64,000 nucleotides of DNA, from positions 138,530 to 202,529 of the forward strand of contig PKEX01000008.1 of the NCBI GenBank assembly GCA_002919235.1, given 5' to 3'. This DNA is from Clostridia bacterium (GTDB lineage: Bacteria > Bacillota > Limnochordia > DTU080 > RSA5). Below the pieces are notes generated by a model. The model was not told the DNA's origin. It did not search any database and saw only the letters and a program-made list of their open reading frames with translations. Position 1 is the first letter of the stretch; the number at the start of each line of letters is the position of its first letter. Positions 38,125 to 48,365 of the stretch are shown one piece after another. The position numbers and the translations under genes are program-made.

Positions 38125-41100
38125 TCAGTAGAAGTCGTGCGAATCGGGGGCCGCTTTGAGCAGCTGCCCGCCGTCCAGGGAGACCACGTCGCCGAGGGGC
38201 CACACGTCCTCCGCCGGAAAGCTCAAGGTCCCTTCGATCCGCTGCACCTTCCCCGCCACCAAGAGCAGGCTTTCCCCCCGGATCACCGCCTTCTTTCGCT
38301 CGTAAAGATCGGGACGGATCACCACGTTGACCATCCCCGTCTCGTCTTCGAGGAGCAAGAAGACGATGCCCCGGGCGGTCTCGGGCCTCTGGCGCGCCAC
38401 CACCAGGCCGGCCACGTACCCCTTCTTGCCGTGGGACGCCCGGCTCATGGCCTGGACGGTGAACACGCGGCGCGAAAGGCGCGGCCGGAGAAGCTCCAGC
38501 AGGTGCTTCCCCGCGGAAAGCCCCGTCGCGGCATAGTCGGCCAGCACCTTTTCCCACGGGTCCATTTCAGGCAGTTCGACCTCGGGCACGTCGTACGCCA
38601 GCGGCAGGGGGACCTGGTAGGCGAAAGCCTGCCTTGCAGCTTTGCCGGTGCCGTCCCCTTTCTCGCCCCCGGCTCCCTCCAGGGCGGCCCTGCCGAGGCT
38701 TGTGGCCCGCGGCGCGAGGCCCAGCTTCCACAAGAGTTCCCGGCGGTCTTTGCCCAGGCGGTCGAAGGCGCCCGCCCAGATCAGGCGTTCCAGCTTGGCC
38801 TGGGGCAGGTCCACCCGGCGGCAGAAGTTGTCCAGGTCCGAAAACGGCCCTCCCCGCTCCCGCTCCGCGACGATCCGGGCGGCGTCCCGCGCTCCCAGCC
38901 CCTTGACGTAGTTGAACCCGAGGCGCACGGCGTTCCCCTTCACCGTGCACTTTACCCGGCTCTCATTGATGTCCGGCGGCAAGATCTCCACCCCGCGGCG
39001 CTTTGCGTCCCGCACGAGGGCGTGGGGCGGGTAAAACCCCATCGGCTGGCTGTTGAACAGGGCCGCCGTGTATTCCGCCGGGAAATACGTCCTGAGCCAC
39101 GCCGACTGGTACGCCAGGACGGCGAAGGCGTAGGCGTGGGACTTGGGAAACCCGAACTGGGAGAAGGCCAGGATCTTCTTAAAGACCAGCTCGGTGACGT
39201 CGTCCGGAACGCCTTTCTTGCGGGCCCCGTCGCGAAAGCTCTCGTAGAGCTGGGCCACGGCCTCTTCGGAGTTGCGCCTTCCCAGCGCCCGCCGCAGGGA
39301 TTCGGCTTGCCCCGGGGTAAACCCGGCCAGCGCCATGGCCACCTGGAGCACCTGGTCCTGGTAGAGAATGACGCCCAGGGTCTCCTCCAGCGCCGGTTCC
39401 AGGAGCGGGTGGTCGTACGGCGGGGTGTAAGGTCTCCCCTCTTTCGCCGCCCGCCGCTGCTCCGCTTTGCGCTGGACGTACGGGTGGACGGCGCCGCCCA
39501 CGATGGGGCCGGGGCGGACGATCGCGATCTCGATCGCGAGCTCGTCGAGGCTGCGGGGCTGCGTCCGGGGGAGCAGCTGGATCTGGGCCCGGCTTTCGAT
39601 CTGGAAGACCCCCACCGTATCCCCGGCCGCGATCTGGTCGTACACCACGGGGTCGTCGAAGGGGATGCGGCTCAGGTCGACGGGAGGCAGTTCCGGCCGG
39701 TTCTCGGCGATGAGCTCGACGCACTCCTCCACCAGCGAGAGCATGCCCAGGGCGAGGAAGTCCACCTTGATAAAGCGGGCGTCCTCGCACGAGTCCTTGT
39801 CCCACTGGCAGACCACCCGCCCCGGCATGCCGGCCTTTTCCAGCGGCACCAGCTCCACCAGGGGCCTGGACGAGATCACCATCCCCCCCACGTGCTGGGA
39901 GATGTGGCGGGGAAACCCCGAGATCTCCTCCGCCAGGGAAATCAGATCCCGCCAGAGCGGCGCTTCGACCTTGTCCCGGAACCCGGGCAGCGAGAGCATC
40001 ACCTCCCGCAGGCGCCTGCTGGACCCGCCTTCGCTGAGCTTGGCCAGCTTGTCCAGGTCCTGGAGCGGCAGCCCCAACGCCTTGCCGATGTCCCGCACGG
40101 CGCTGCGCAGCCTGTAGGTGGCGAACGAGCAGACCAGCGCCGCGTGCTCCCGGCCGTAGTGCTGGTACACCCGTTGGATCAGCGCCTCGCGGATGTCCCG
40201 GGGAAAATCGAGGTCGATGTCGGGCACCACCTCCAGCGTCTCGTTGAGAAAGCGGTCGATCGACAGGCGGTTTTGAATGGGATCGACGTGGGACAAGCCG
40301 ATCAGGTAGCAGATGAGCGAGCTGACCGAGCTGCCTCGCCCTCTTCCCGGGGGAAGGCGCGCCGCCTTGCGCGCCGCGCTGGTCCCCCGGACTTCTTGGG
40401 CCACCTCTTCCGCAAGGCGCATCAGGTCCCGGTAGACCAGGAAAAAGCCGGAAAGGCCGTGCCGCCGCACCAGCGCGAGCTCCTGGTCGAGCCGCGCCTC
40501 GGCTTGGCGGTAGAGCGAAGGCGGGCCGGAGCCGTACCGCTCCGCCAGGAGCGCCTGGCACACCCGCTCCAGCTGCTGATCCGCGGTCTCCTCATCGCCT
40601 TCCCGCTGGAAATCGGGGAAGGTGTAGCCCAGGTCGGCGGTGAGGTCGAACCCCTGGCAGCGCTCGCTCAAGATCTCGGTGGCCCGCAGCGCCTCCGGCA
40701 GCTCCCTGAACGCCCGGGCCATCTCCTGCGGGGACTTGAGATAGTACTCCGAGTTGGGGCGGCGCAGCCGGTGCGACGCGTCCAGGGTCGTCCGGTGCTT
40801 GATGGCCACCAGCACGTCCTGCAGCCGGTGGCGCTCCCGCACGTGATAGTGCACGTTGTTGGTGGCGACGACGCCCACCCCCAGGCGGCGGGCCACCTCC
40901 ACCAGGCGGCGCACCCGCGCCGTATCGCCCCGGGCTTTGTGGTGCTGCAGCTCCACCCACACCCGGTCGCGGCCGAACACCTCTAGATACGCCTTGAGCC
41001 GCTGGACCGCGTCGCCCAGCCGGCCTTGGTCCACCAGGGAGGGAATCTCGCCCTTGGGACAGCCCGTCAGGGCGATCAGCCCCTGGGAATGGCGAGCCAG

Positions 41101-41436
41101 GAGCTCCCACTCGACCCGGGGAGAGCCCCGGGGATGGTCGAGGTGGGCGCGGCTCAGGAGCCGGCAGAGATTGGCGTACCCCTGGGGGCTTTCCACGAGG
41201 AGCGTGAGATGGGCGCCGCTCGCCAGGGTGACCTCGGCCCCGGTGACGGGCTGCACCCCCCAGGCCTTGGCCGCCTGCGCGAAGGCCATGGCGCCGTAGA
41301 GCCCGTCGTGATCGGTGAGCGCCACGGCCTTGAGCCCGAGCTTGTGCGCCTGGAGGGCCAGCTCCTCGGGGAGCGAGGCGCCGTCCAGGAAAGAGTAGGC
41401 AGAATGGGCGTGGAGTTCAGCGTAGACCGGCATCAT
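38125..41436 (-). CDS. dnaE2: Error-prone DNA polymerase III alpha (DnaE2/ImuC)
   Basis: PHP domain HAHSAYSFLDG, catalytic PDIDLD, SQPMGFY, and the terminal SHDFY typical of DnaE2. Confidence 0.94.
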   Translation of the reverse strand: MMPVYAELHAHSAYSFLDGASLPEELALQAHKLGLKAVALTDHDGLYGAMAFAQAAKAWGVQPVTGAEVTLASGAHLTLLVESPQGYANLCRLLSRAHLDHPRGSPRVEWELLARHSQGLIALTGCPKGEIPSLVDQGRLGDAVQRLKAYLEVFGRDRVWVELQHHKARGDTARVRRLVEVARRLGVGVVATNNVHYHVRERHRLQDVLVAIKHRTTLDASHRLRRPNSEYYLKSPQEMARAFRELPEALRATEILSERCQGFDLTADLGYTFPDFQREGDEETADQQLERVCQALLAERYGSGPPSLYRQAEARLDQELALVRRHGLSGFFLVYRDLMRLAEEVAQEVRGTSAARKAARLPPGRGRGSSVSSLICYLIGLSHVDPIQNRLSIDRFLNETLEVVPDIDLDFPRDIREALIQRVYQHYGREHAALVCSFATYRLRSAVRDIGKALGLPLQDLDKLAKLSEGGSSRRLREVMLSLPGFRDKVEAPLWRDLISLAEEISGFPRHISQHVGGMVISSRPLVELVPLEKAGMPGRVVCQWDKDSCEDARFIKVDFLALGMLSLVEECVELIAENRPELPPVDLSRIPFDDPVVYDQIAAGDTVGVFQIESRAQIQLLPRTQPRSLDELAIEIAIVRPGPIVGGAVHPYVQRKAEQRRAAKEGRPYTPPYDHPLLEPALEETLGVILYQDQVLQVAMALAGFTPGQAESLRRALGRRNSEEAVAQLYESFRDGARKKGVPDDVTELVFKKILAFSQFGFPKSHAYAFAVLAYQSAWLRTYFPAEYTAALFNSQPMGFYPPHALVRDAKRRGVEILPPDINESRVKCTVKGNAVRLGFNYVKGLGARDAARIVAERERGGPFSDLDNFCRRVDLPQAKLERLIWAGAFDRLGKDRRELLWKLGLAPRATSLGRAALEGAGGEKGDGTGKAARQAFAYQVPLPLAYDVPEVELPEMDPWEKVLADYAATGLSAGKHLLELLRPRLSRRVFTVQAMSRASHGKKGYVAGLVVARQRPETARGIVFLLLEDETGMVNVVIRPDLYERKKAVIRGESLLLVAGKVQRIEGTLSFPAEDVWPLGDVVSLDGGQLLKAAPDSHDFY

Positions 41437-41809
41437 CGGCGTATCGCCCTCGCCCGGCTGGTGCATCGTCGACGTCAACGGCTGGATGGGGGAAGGCGAG
41501 GCCGCCGGGAGCATAGAGCGGGACGCTCTCCCGCTGGCGGTACCAGGCCCCGGTCTCCAGGTCGCAAAAGAGGACGTCGAGGCGGCCGTCCTCCAGCTCC
41601 ACCAGGTAATAGAGGCGGTGGATCGGCCGGCGCCACCACTCGTCGTCGATCCGCCAAAGGTCCCGGACGGCCGTGACCCCTTGCCGGCGTCCCCGCCAGA
41701 TGAGAGAGAGGGGCCGTCCCTCCCGGTCGCAGGCCACTTTCACCGGCTGGGGCTGGTTTAAGGATCGAAGTCGATCAGGGCGTAGCGGCGCTCCGGAATG
41801 CGGGACCAT
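41417..41809 (-). CDS. Small ImuB-C/DUF6504-like protein
   Basis: GGAGG RBS; P..V...G.P....RG...WRIDDEWW...YY.V pattern; overlaps both neighbours. Confidence 0.7.
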   Translation of the reverse strand: MVPHSGAPLRPDRLRSLNQPQPVKVACDREGRPLSLIWRGRRQGVTAVRDLWRIDDEWWRRPIHRLYYLVELEDGRLDVLFCDLETGAWYRQRESVPLYAPGGLAFPHPAVDVDDAPAGRGRYADDAGLR

Positions 41810-43029
41810 GGTTCTACCTCCGCGATGCGAAAAAGGCCGGTAGTGCCGTAACGGGCCTTGACCGCGGCCAAGGCGTCTTTGAGGCGCGCGAGCCTCTGGC
41901 CGCCGCCGGGAAAGAGCGGCTCCTGGCCGACGTAAGGCCCTCCCAGCAGCGTCACTTTGAGCGTGACGGCCGAAACCGCCCCCGGCAGCTCCACCCCTGC
42001 GAGCCTGCGGGCCAGCATCGCCTCCAGCCTTTCGGGATCGCCCACCGGCTCGTGCAGCGTGATGCTCTTCTCCCACGTCTCTTCGTCGATGCGAGCGGCG
42101 AGGACAAGCTGGCGCACCGTCGCCTCTCCCCGCTCCTTGCGCCGCCACACCCGGGCGACCAGCTGCCGGATCCCCGCCCAAAACGCGGCCCACTCGCTGA
42201 CCGGCGCGGGAAACTCAAGGCTTTCGGCGATGGGGCGGAAGGGGCGGCGCGGCACCAGCGCCGAATCGTCCCGTCCCCGGGAAAGCTCCCAGGCCCGGCG
42301 GCCTTCGGGACCCAGGCGCGCCTCGAGCGCGGCAGGATGCAGCGCGGCGATCTGGCCCAGGCGCTCAAGGCCAAAGAGGGAAAGGCTGCGCTGGGTCTCG
42401 CCGCTCACCGGCAGGTGATCAATGGGACACGGGGCGAGAAACCGCTCTATCTCATGCCGCAGCACGATCCGGGGGCGGCCTCGCGGTGCGTGCCATGCGG
42501 CGACGCCGGCCACGAACTTGTTGGGACCGGCGCCGGCCCGGACGTCAAAGAGGCCCTCTGCCGCCGGGCTGCCCGCGGCCGGTCCCAGCCCGCGCCTTAC
42601 GGCGGCGTCGACGAGGCGTTCCAAAAGCGCTCCGAGCTTGGGATAGAGGCGCTCCATCCCCGTGAGATCCACGTATGCCGCGCCCAGGCCGGCGTCTTCC
42701 ACCGCGGGCGCCTCCGCCTCCAGGACGTCGAGAAAGGCGTCGTGAAGGCGCTGGTACCACTCGGGATCCGGCGAGAGCGCCACCACGTCGCGGCACAGGG
42801 CGATGCTCTCGCGCACCCGCATTCCCAGGCGGATCCCCCGCTCCGCCGCCTCCGGCGAGCAGTGTGCGACGGGCAGCGCCGCCGCTCCGCCGGAGGCGGC
42901 GCGCGCCGTGATGACGAACGGCCGGCCCCGCAGCCCGGGGCGGCGGGCCAGCTCGGCTTGAACGGGAAAATCGGGAACGCGGATGCACCCGATCCAGCGA
43001 CGGCTGGTGCGTGCAGCAGGCATCGACAC
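41758..43029 (-). CDS. imuB: ImuB-like catalytically inactive Y-family polymerase
   Basis: Y-family fold (CSPEAAERGIRLGM, AYVDLTG, GPNKFVA) but the catalytic acidic residues are replaced (RVPDF, AGLG). Confidence 0.85.
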   Translation of the reverse strand: MSMPAARTSRRWIGCIRVPDFPVQAELARRPGLRGRPFVITARAASGGAAALPVAHCSPEAAERGIRLGMRVRESIALCRDVVALSPDPEWYQRLHDAFLDVLEAEAPAVEDAGLGAAYVDLTGMERLYPKLGALLERLVDAAVRRGLGPAAGSPAAEGLFDVRAGAGPNKFVAGVAAWHAPRGRPRIVLRHEIERFLAPCPIDHLPVSGETQRSLSLFGLERLGQIAALHPAALEARLGPEGRRAWELSRGRDDSALVPRRPFRPIAESLEFPAPVSEWAAFWAGIRQLVARVWRRKERGEATVRQLVLAARIDEETWEKSITLHEPVGDPERLEAMLARRLAGVELPGAVSAVTLKVTLLGGPYVGQEPLFPGGGQRLARLKDALAAVKARYGTTGLFRIAEVEPWSRIPERRYALIDFDP

Positions 43030-43075
43030 GCGCTCCTTTCGCGCCGCCCGGCTGCCCCGCCGGGCGGCGCTGTTT

Positions 43076-43120
43076 CGAACGGGTGTTCGTATTTTAACCG
43101 AACGCGTGTACGCCTGTCAA
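43076..43120 (-). promoter_or_regulatory. SOS promoter with two LexA (Cheo) boxes
   Basis: CGAACGGGTGTTCG (43076-43089, perfect) and CGAACGCGTGTACG (43099-43112). TTGACA (43120-43115), 18 bp, TAAAAT (43096-43091). Confidence 0.9.
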
Positions 43121-43148
43121 ATCCATATTTTGGAGATGGCCCGCGCAG

Positions 43149-43904
43149 TCACATGTAGGATCCGCCGTTGATGGCCAGCACCTGGCCCGTCATCAGGTCG
43201 GAGAACTTGGAGACCAGCACCAGCGCCCCGTCGGCGATCTCGTCCGCCGTGGCCAGCCGTCCCAAGGGGATCTCTTCGATGAGCTTCGCCCGCACCGCCG
43301 GATCGTCCAGGCCGAACCGCTTCACCACGTCCTCCGTCTCCGTAAAGCCCGGCATCAGGCAGTTGACCTGCGCCCAAGGCGCGAGCTCCCTGGCAAAGCA
43401 CTTGGTGAGGGCGAGGACGCCCGCCTTGGCCGCGCAGTAGTTCGCCCCGTTCTTGCGCCCCCTCAGGGCGGACGCCGCCGAGACCATGATCACCTTTCCT
43501 GCCCCCCTCGCCCTCATGGCCGGGATCGCCGCCTGCGTGCACAAGAACGCCCCTTTTAAGTTGACCTCCACCACCCGGTCCCAGTCCTCTTCAGACATCT
43601 CCTCCGCCGGCCCGTCCCGGGCGACCCCCGCGTTGTTCACCAGGATGTCGAGGCCCCCCCACTCGTCCACGATGCGCTCGACCATGGAGCGGACTTCGTC
43701 GCGCCGCGCCACGTCAGCCCTCACCGCCAGCGCCTCCCCGCCGTCCCTGCGGATCTCCTGGACCACCTCCCGGGCCCGCTCGGCCGAAGAGAGATAGTTG
43801 ACGGCCACCTTGGCACCCTCCCGGGCGAACCGCCGGGCGATGGCCCTTCCAATCCCCCGGCTGGCGCCGGTGACCAACGCGATCTTGCCGTCCAAACAGC
43901 CCAT
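43149..43904 (-). CDS. SDR family oxidoreductase (FabG-like)
   Basis: TGASRGIG, NNAG and YCAAK. Confidence 0.9.
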   Translation of the reverse strand: MGCLDGKIALVTGASRGIGRAIARRFAREGAKVAVNYLSSAERAREVVQEIRRDGGEALAVRADVARRDEVRSMVERIVDEWGGLDILVNNAGVARDGPAEEMSEEDWDRVVEVNLKGAFLCTQAAIPAMRARGAGKVIMVSAASALRGRKNGANYCAAKAGVLALTKCFARELAPWAQVNCLMPGFTETEDVVKRFGLDDPAVRAKLIEEIPLGRLATADEIADGALVLVSKFSDLMTGQVLAINGGSYM

Positions 43905-44096
43905 CCCAAGACCCTCCTGACCTGCAGCGCGCGGGAGCCGCTCGCCCCATCCCTATGCGCCGGCCTCCGGTGACAGAACCGGCGGTCGCGGCGCGCCGCT
44001 GCGATCCAGGAAAGGGAGGAGAAGGGCGATAAAGCCCGAATTTGGGTGAGGAACCCGCGTGACGACTCCCATCGACAGCAGGAGGACCAGTATCTG

Positions 44097-44903
44097 ATGC
44101 ACTCATCTCGCTCCACCTTCAAGGCAAGACCCGCAGCCGCGTGGATCTTCGCCCTGGCCGTCTCGGCGGGCAGCTTCTGGCTGCAGGCGCCGCAGGCCGG
44201 CGCCCTGCCGCTCGAGCCGGCCGTCCATCCTCCGGTGGGAGAGGAGGCCCCGCACCACCGTCCCCAGGGATCTGACGCCTCACACGCCCACGCAGAGCTC
44301 ACCCTGGAACGGATCCACGACGAGCTGAGCCAGCACATCGCCCGGGTGCGAGACCTTACGGCGCGCGTGAGCTTCGTCCAGGTCTCGCCGCGGGACGGGT
44401 CAAAGATCGAAGGCGAGCTGGAGCTGGCCGCCATCGTTCCCGACCTGGCGCGCGCCACTTGGGTCAAACCCGAGATCTACGCTGGCGTCTTTTACATACT
44501 GGATGCCCAGGCCAACCAGTACATCGAATACGTCCCGGCCACCGGCGAAGCCCACCGCATGCCCTTGGACCAGATCCTGGCCGGGCAGCCGCTGGTTCGC
44601 ATCGCTCCCGAGCAGATCTTTTCCCTGCCTCCTGCGGAGCAGTTCATCCTGGAGCTCACCGACGTTGCGCAGGTGGACGGGGTGCGCTACGCCGTGGTGC
44701 AGGCGACCGACAAGGCCAGCGGCCAGGTTTACCGGGTCTGGGTCGACACCGGGCGCTGGCTGGTCACGCGCATGCAGGCGCTCACGCCCAAAGGCGACAT
44801 CCAGGCCAGCGCCGAGGTGCTCGAGATCCGGGTCAATGAAGGCCTCGAAGCCACCGCCTTGCGCCGCCTGCCGCCCGGCACCATCCAGCGCTCCTTCCCG
44901 TAA
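44097..44903 (+). CDS. LolA-like (lipoprotein carrier/sorting fold) exported protein
   Basis: Signal peptide ending AGA, a His-rich linker, then DLTARV...PDLARATWVKPE...VWVDTGRWLVTRM...IRVNEGL...PPG, a LolA-like pattern. AGGAGG RBS. Confidence 0.65.
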   Translation: MHSSRSTFKARPAAAWIFALAVSAGSFWLQAPQAGALPLEPAVHPPVGEEAPHHRPQGSDASHAHAELTLERIHDELSQHIARVRDLTARVSFVQVSPRDGSKIEGELELAAIVPDLARATWVKPEIYAGVFYILDAQANQYIEYVPATGEAHRMPLDQILAGQPLVRIAPEQIFSLPPAEQFILELTDVAQVDGVRYAVVQATDKASGQVYRVWVDTGRWLVTRMQALTPKGDIQASAEVLEIRVNEGLEATALRRLPPGTIQRSFP

Positions 44904-44921
44904 GATGGAGGTCAGCTGCCG

Positions 44922-47900
44922 ATGAACCTGGTGCGGCTTTCGGTCCGGCGGCCCGTCGCCGCCTCCATGGCCGTGGCGGTCCTGGTCTTGTTTGGCGCCG
45001 TGGCGCTCCAAGGGATGCCGGTCGATCTCCTTCCCGACGTTGAACTCCCCATTGCCGCCGTGGTCACCATCTATCCCGGGGCGGATCCCGCCACGGTCGA
45101 GGCCGCCGTGACCGCGCCCCTCGAAGACGTGATCGCGACCGTGCCGGGCCTGGTGCGGCTCCGCTCCACCAGCGCGGAAAACGTTTCCATCATCACCGCG
45201 GAGTTTTCGTGGAAAGCCGACCTCCAGGAGTCCTTGAAGCAGCTGGAAAACAACGTGGCCGTCGCCGCCAGCTTTCTCCCGGCGGGGATCGAACGGCCCG
45301 TGGTGCTCAGGACCGATCCCAGCCAGTACCCGGTGCTGATGGTGGCGGTCTCCGGGCCCGGAGACGCCGTCCAGGTGACGCGGGCGGTGGAAAGCTACGT
45401 AAAACCCCGGCTGCAGCAGCTGCCCGGCGTTGCGGCCGTGCAGGTGCTGGGCGGCGCCTACGAAGAGATCGCCGTGCGCTACGACTCCGAAGCCCTGCGG
45501 CAGTACGGCATCACCCCCGCCCTGCTCCAGCAGGTGATCGCCGCGCAAAACCTGGTGGTGCCCGCCGGCAGCGCAGTGGACGAGGGCGTCCGCTACCACG
45601 TGAAAGCGGGCCAAGTCTTCACGGACCTGGAAACCCTGCGAAACCAGCCGGTGGCGCTGCGGCAGGTGTCACAGGAGCCGCTCTTTCCCGGGCTGCTCGC
45701 CGCCAGCCAGGCGATCCCGGTTCGCCTCAGGGAGGTCGCCGACGTCGAAGTGGTGGAACGGCCCCGGGAGGGCCTCACCCGGGTGAACGGCGAGCCCGCG
45801 GTGATCCTGCGCGTCCTCAAGCAGAGCGGGGCCAACACGGTCGCCGTCTCAAGGAGCGTCCGCGCCCACCTGGCCCAGCTAGAGCGCGAATCGGAGCTGC
45901 GCTTTCACCCCCTCACCGACCACGCAGACCTCATCGGCACGTCGCTGGGGAACCTCTCCTCCTCCGCGGCCATCGGGGCGGCCCTGGCCGCCGGCGTGCT
46001 CCTCTTTTTCTTGCGGAGCCTCGGCTCCGTGATGGTCATCGGCGTCGCCATCCCTCTCTCCATCGCCGGGGCGTGGGTCATCCTGCGCAGTTTCGGCGTG
46101 ACGCTGAACATGATGAGCCTGGGCGGCCTCGCCCTGGCCGTCGGCATGCTGGTGGACAACTCCATCGTCGTGCTGGAGAACATCGTCCGCCACCGGCAGC
46201 TGGGCAAGAGCCGCCTTGAGGCCGCTGAGGCGGGCGGCAGCGAGATCGCCGGCGCGATCGTCGCCTCCACCCTCACCACCGTGGTGGTCTTCCTCCCCAT
46301 CCTGTTCGTCGACAGCCTGGCGGGGGTTCTCTTTCGCGACACTGGGATCGCCGTGGCCGCGTCGCTCCTGGTCTCGGTGGCCGTGGCGCTGACGGTGGTG
46401 CCGCTGGCGGCGTCGCGCTGGACCGGCCTTTCCCAAAGGCGTGCTCCCGCCGCGTCCCGCTCTCCGGAACCGGCGGCCTCCGCAGGCGTCTTGGCCGGGG
46501 CCGCGCTGGAGGCGGCCGCCGCCTCCGAACTGCCCGGTGCCCCGCCCGCCGGGGCCCTGCGGCTGCACCGCCGGCTCCTGGAAGCGTATGAGAAAGCGCT
46601 GGCGGCTTGGACGCGAAGGCCCGCCGCCACCCTGGCCGCCCTGGCCCTGTGCCTCGCGCTGATCCTCTTTGTTCCCGGCCGATTGGAAACCGAGTTTCTT
46701 CCCGCCACCGACGGCGGGCTGATCGTCGTCAACCTGCGGATGCCCGCAGGATGGAGCCCCGAGCAGGTACAGCGGCACGTGGTCGAGCTGGAACAGGCGA
46801 TCCTCTCCCTCCCCGAGGTGGAGACCGTGGCCACGCTGGCAGGCGATCAGGGGGCGGAGGACCTGCTGGCCCGGGTAAGCGCCTTGGGGACCAACGAAGC
46901 CCAGCTCACCGTCGTCCTCCATCCCTTGAGCACCGGCCGCCGCTCCTCCCATCAGGTGGCGGAAGCCATCTTCGCCCTCCCCCGGGATCCGGCGGTCGAG
47001 ATGGCGATCGAGTCGGACCGCACCGCCTTCGCGCTGGGGGACGACTTCTATCCCGGCCTCACCGTAGAGTTCAGCGGGCCGGACCTGGCGGTGCTGGAGC
47101 AGCTCGCGGCCGGATGGGCGGAGCTGCTGGCCGGGACCGGAGGCTTTAAGAACGTCACCTCTACCGTGCGCCCCGGCGCGCCGGAGCTCTTCTTCCGGGT
47201 GACCGAGCGGAGCTTCCAAGGGATGCTCGGCGGCGGCGAGCCGCTCACCGCGGGGCAGGTGGGCTTGGCCCTGCGCCAGCACTTGACCGGCGTCACCGCG
47301 ACCCACGTCACCCTCGACGGCCAGCGCCTCCCCGTGGTGCTGCGGCCTTCGGCCGACGAGGTCGAAAGCCTCGACTCCATCCGCGCCTTCCGGGTCCCCG
47401 GCGCGCAGCTCACCTCGGCAGGAGGCCAGCCCATCCTCGACCGCATCGCCCAGGTCCTGGAAGGCGAGTCGCAAGGAGCGATTCTACGGCGGGACCGGGT
47501 GCGGGTGGCCACGGTCCGGGCGGAGCTGGACGGCATCGGCCTCGGGGAGGCCAAGGCGCGGGCGGAGCGCCTCCTGTCCAGCTTCCCCCTGCCCGCAGGG
47601 TATCAGGCGCAGATCACCGGCATCCACCGGGTGATCGACGACTCTCTGGGCGAGCTGGGCTGGGTGCTGGTCGTCGCCGTCGCCCTGGTGTACGCGGTGA
47701 TGGCGGCTCAATTTGAATCCCTGGGGCAGCCCCTCGTCATCATGGTGACCGTGCCCCTGGCCGCTTCGGGAGCGCTGCTGGCCCTCTGGTGGAGCGGCCG
47801 CGCTCTGGGCGTGCCCTCCTTGATCGGCATCGTGCTGCTGTGCGGGGTGGCCGTAAACAACGCCATCGTCATGATCGACGCCGTCAATCAGCTGCGGCGC

Positions 47901-48149
47901 AGCGGCGTCGATCCCGTGGAGGCCGTCCACCGGGGCGCGGCGCAGCGGCTGCGGCCCATCCTGATGACCTCCATCACCACCGTGTTCGCCTTGATTCCCC
48001 TGATGTTCGCCGCTGGAAACGGGAGCGAGCTTCAGGGACCGATGGCGGTCGCGGTCATGGGCGGCCTGGTCTCGTCCACCGGGCTCACGCTCTTCGTCAT
48101 CCCCGGGCTGCTGGTCATGGCGGCCCGCCGCCCGATCTCCAGGGCGTAA
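44922..48149 (+). CDS. RND efflux permease (AcrB/AcrD/AcrF family)
   Basis: SVRRPV, YPGA, GMLVDNSIVVLENI, VNNAIVMID, RLRPILMTS; 1075 aa. Confidence 0.93.
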   Translation: MNLVRLSVRRPVAASMAVAVLVLFGAVALQGMPVDLLPDVELPIAAVVTIYPGADPATVEAAVTAPLEDVIATVPGLVRLRSTSAENVSIITAEFSWKADLQESLKQLENNVAVAASFLPAGIERPVVLRTDPSQYPVLMVAVSGPGDAVQVTRAVESYVKPRLQQLPGVAAVQVLGGAYEEIAVRYDSEALRQYGITPALLQQVIAAQNLVVPAGSAVDEGVRYHVKAGQVFTDLETLRNQPVALRQVSQEPLFPGLLAASQAIPVRLREVADVEVVERPREGLTRVNGEPAVILRVLKQSGANTVAVSRSVRAHLAQLERESELRFHPLTDHADLIGTSLGNLSSSAAIGAALAAGVLLFFLRSLGSVMVIGVAIPLSIAGAWVILRSFGVTLNMMSLGGLALAVGMLVDNSIVVLENIVRHRQLGKSRLEAAEAGGSEIAGAIVASTLTTVVVFLPILFVDSLAGVLFRDTGIAVAASLLVSVAVALTVVPLAASRWTGLSQRRAPAASRSPEPAASAGVLAGAALEAAAASELPGAPPAGALRLHRRLLEAYEKALAAWTRRPAATLAALALCLALILFVPGRLETEFLPATDGGLIVVNLRMPAGWSPEQVQRHVVELEQAILSLPEVETVATLAGDQGAEDLLARVSALGTNEAQLTVVLHPLSTGRRSSHQVAEAIFALPRDPAVEMAIESDRTAFALGDDFYPGLTVEFSGPDLAVLEQLAAGWAELLAGTGGFKNVTSTVRPGAPELFFRVTERSFQGMLGGGEPLTAGQVGLALRQHLTGVTATHVTLDGQRLPVVLRPSADEVESLDSIRAFRVPGAQLTSAGGQPILDRIAQVLEGESQGAILRRDRVRVATVRAELDGIGLGEAKARAERLLSSFPLPAGYQAQITGIHRVIDDSLGELGWVLVVAVALVYAVMAAQFESLGQPLVIMVTVPLAASGALLALWWSGRALGVPSLIGIVLLCGVAVNNAIVMIDAVNQLRRSGVDPVEAVHRGAAQRLRPILMTSITTVFALIPLMFAAGNGSELQGPMAVAVMGGLVSSTGLTLFVIPGLLVMAARRPISRA

Positions 48150-48365
48150 TCCCGCCCGGCATCGTCCCGCCCGCGGGGTCCCCTCCCGCGGGCGGACCGC
48201 GCAAGCCTCCGAAAGCCCCCTCCGGGGCGACTCGATCCTCCTCCCCGTGGGCACCGGTTCCCCGACCGCAGCATCGCCCCACGGCCGCCCGCTCACTCTC
48301 CGCACATAACCGTTTTCCTGCCAGCGCATCCTAAGAGTAGCCGCTCCCGCGAGGAGGGTTTCCCC

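Noticed and set aside
38137-40986. 949-aa plus-strand ORF
   Set aside because: Codon-mirrored antisense of dnaE2 with no RBS or recognisable domain.
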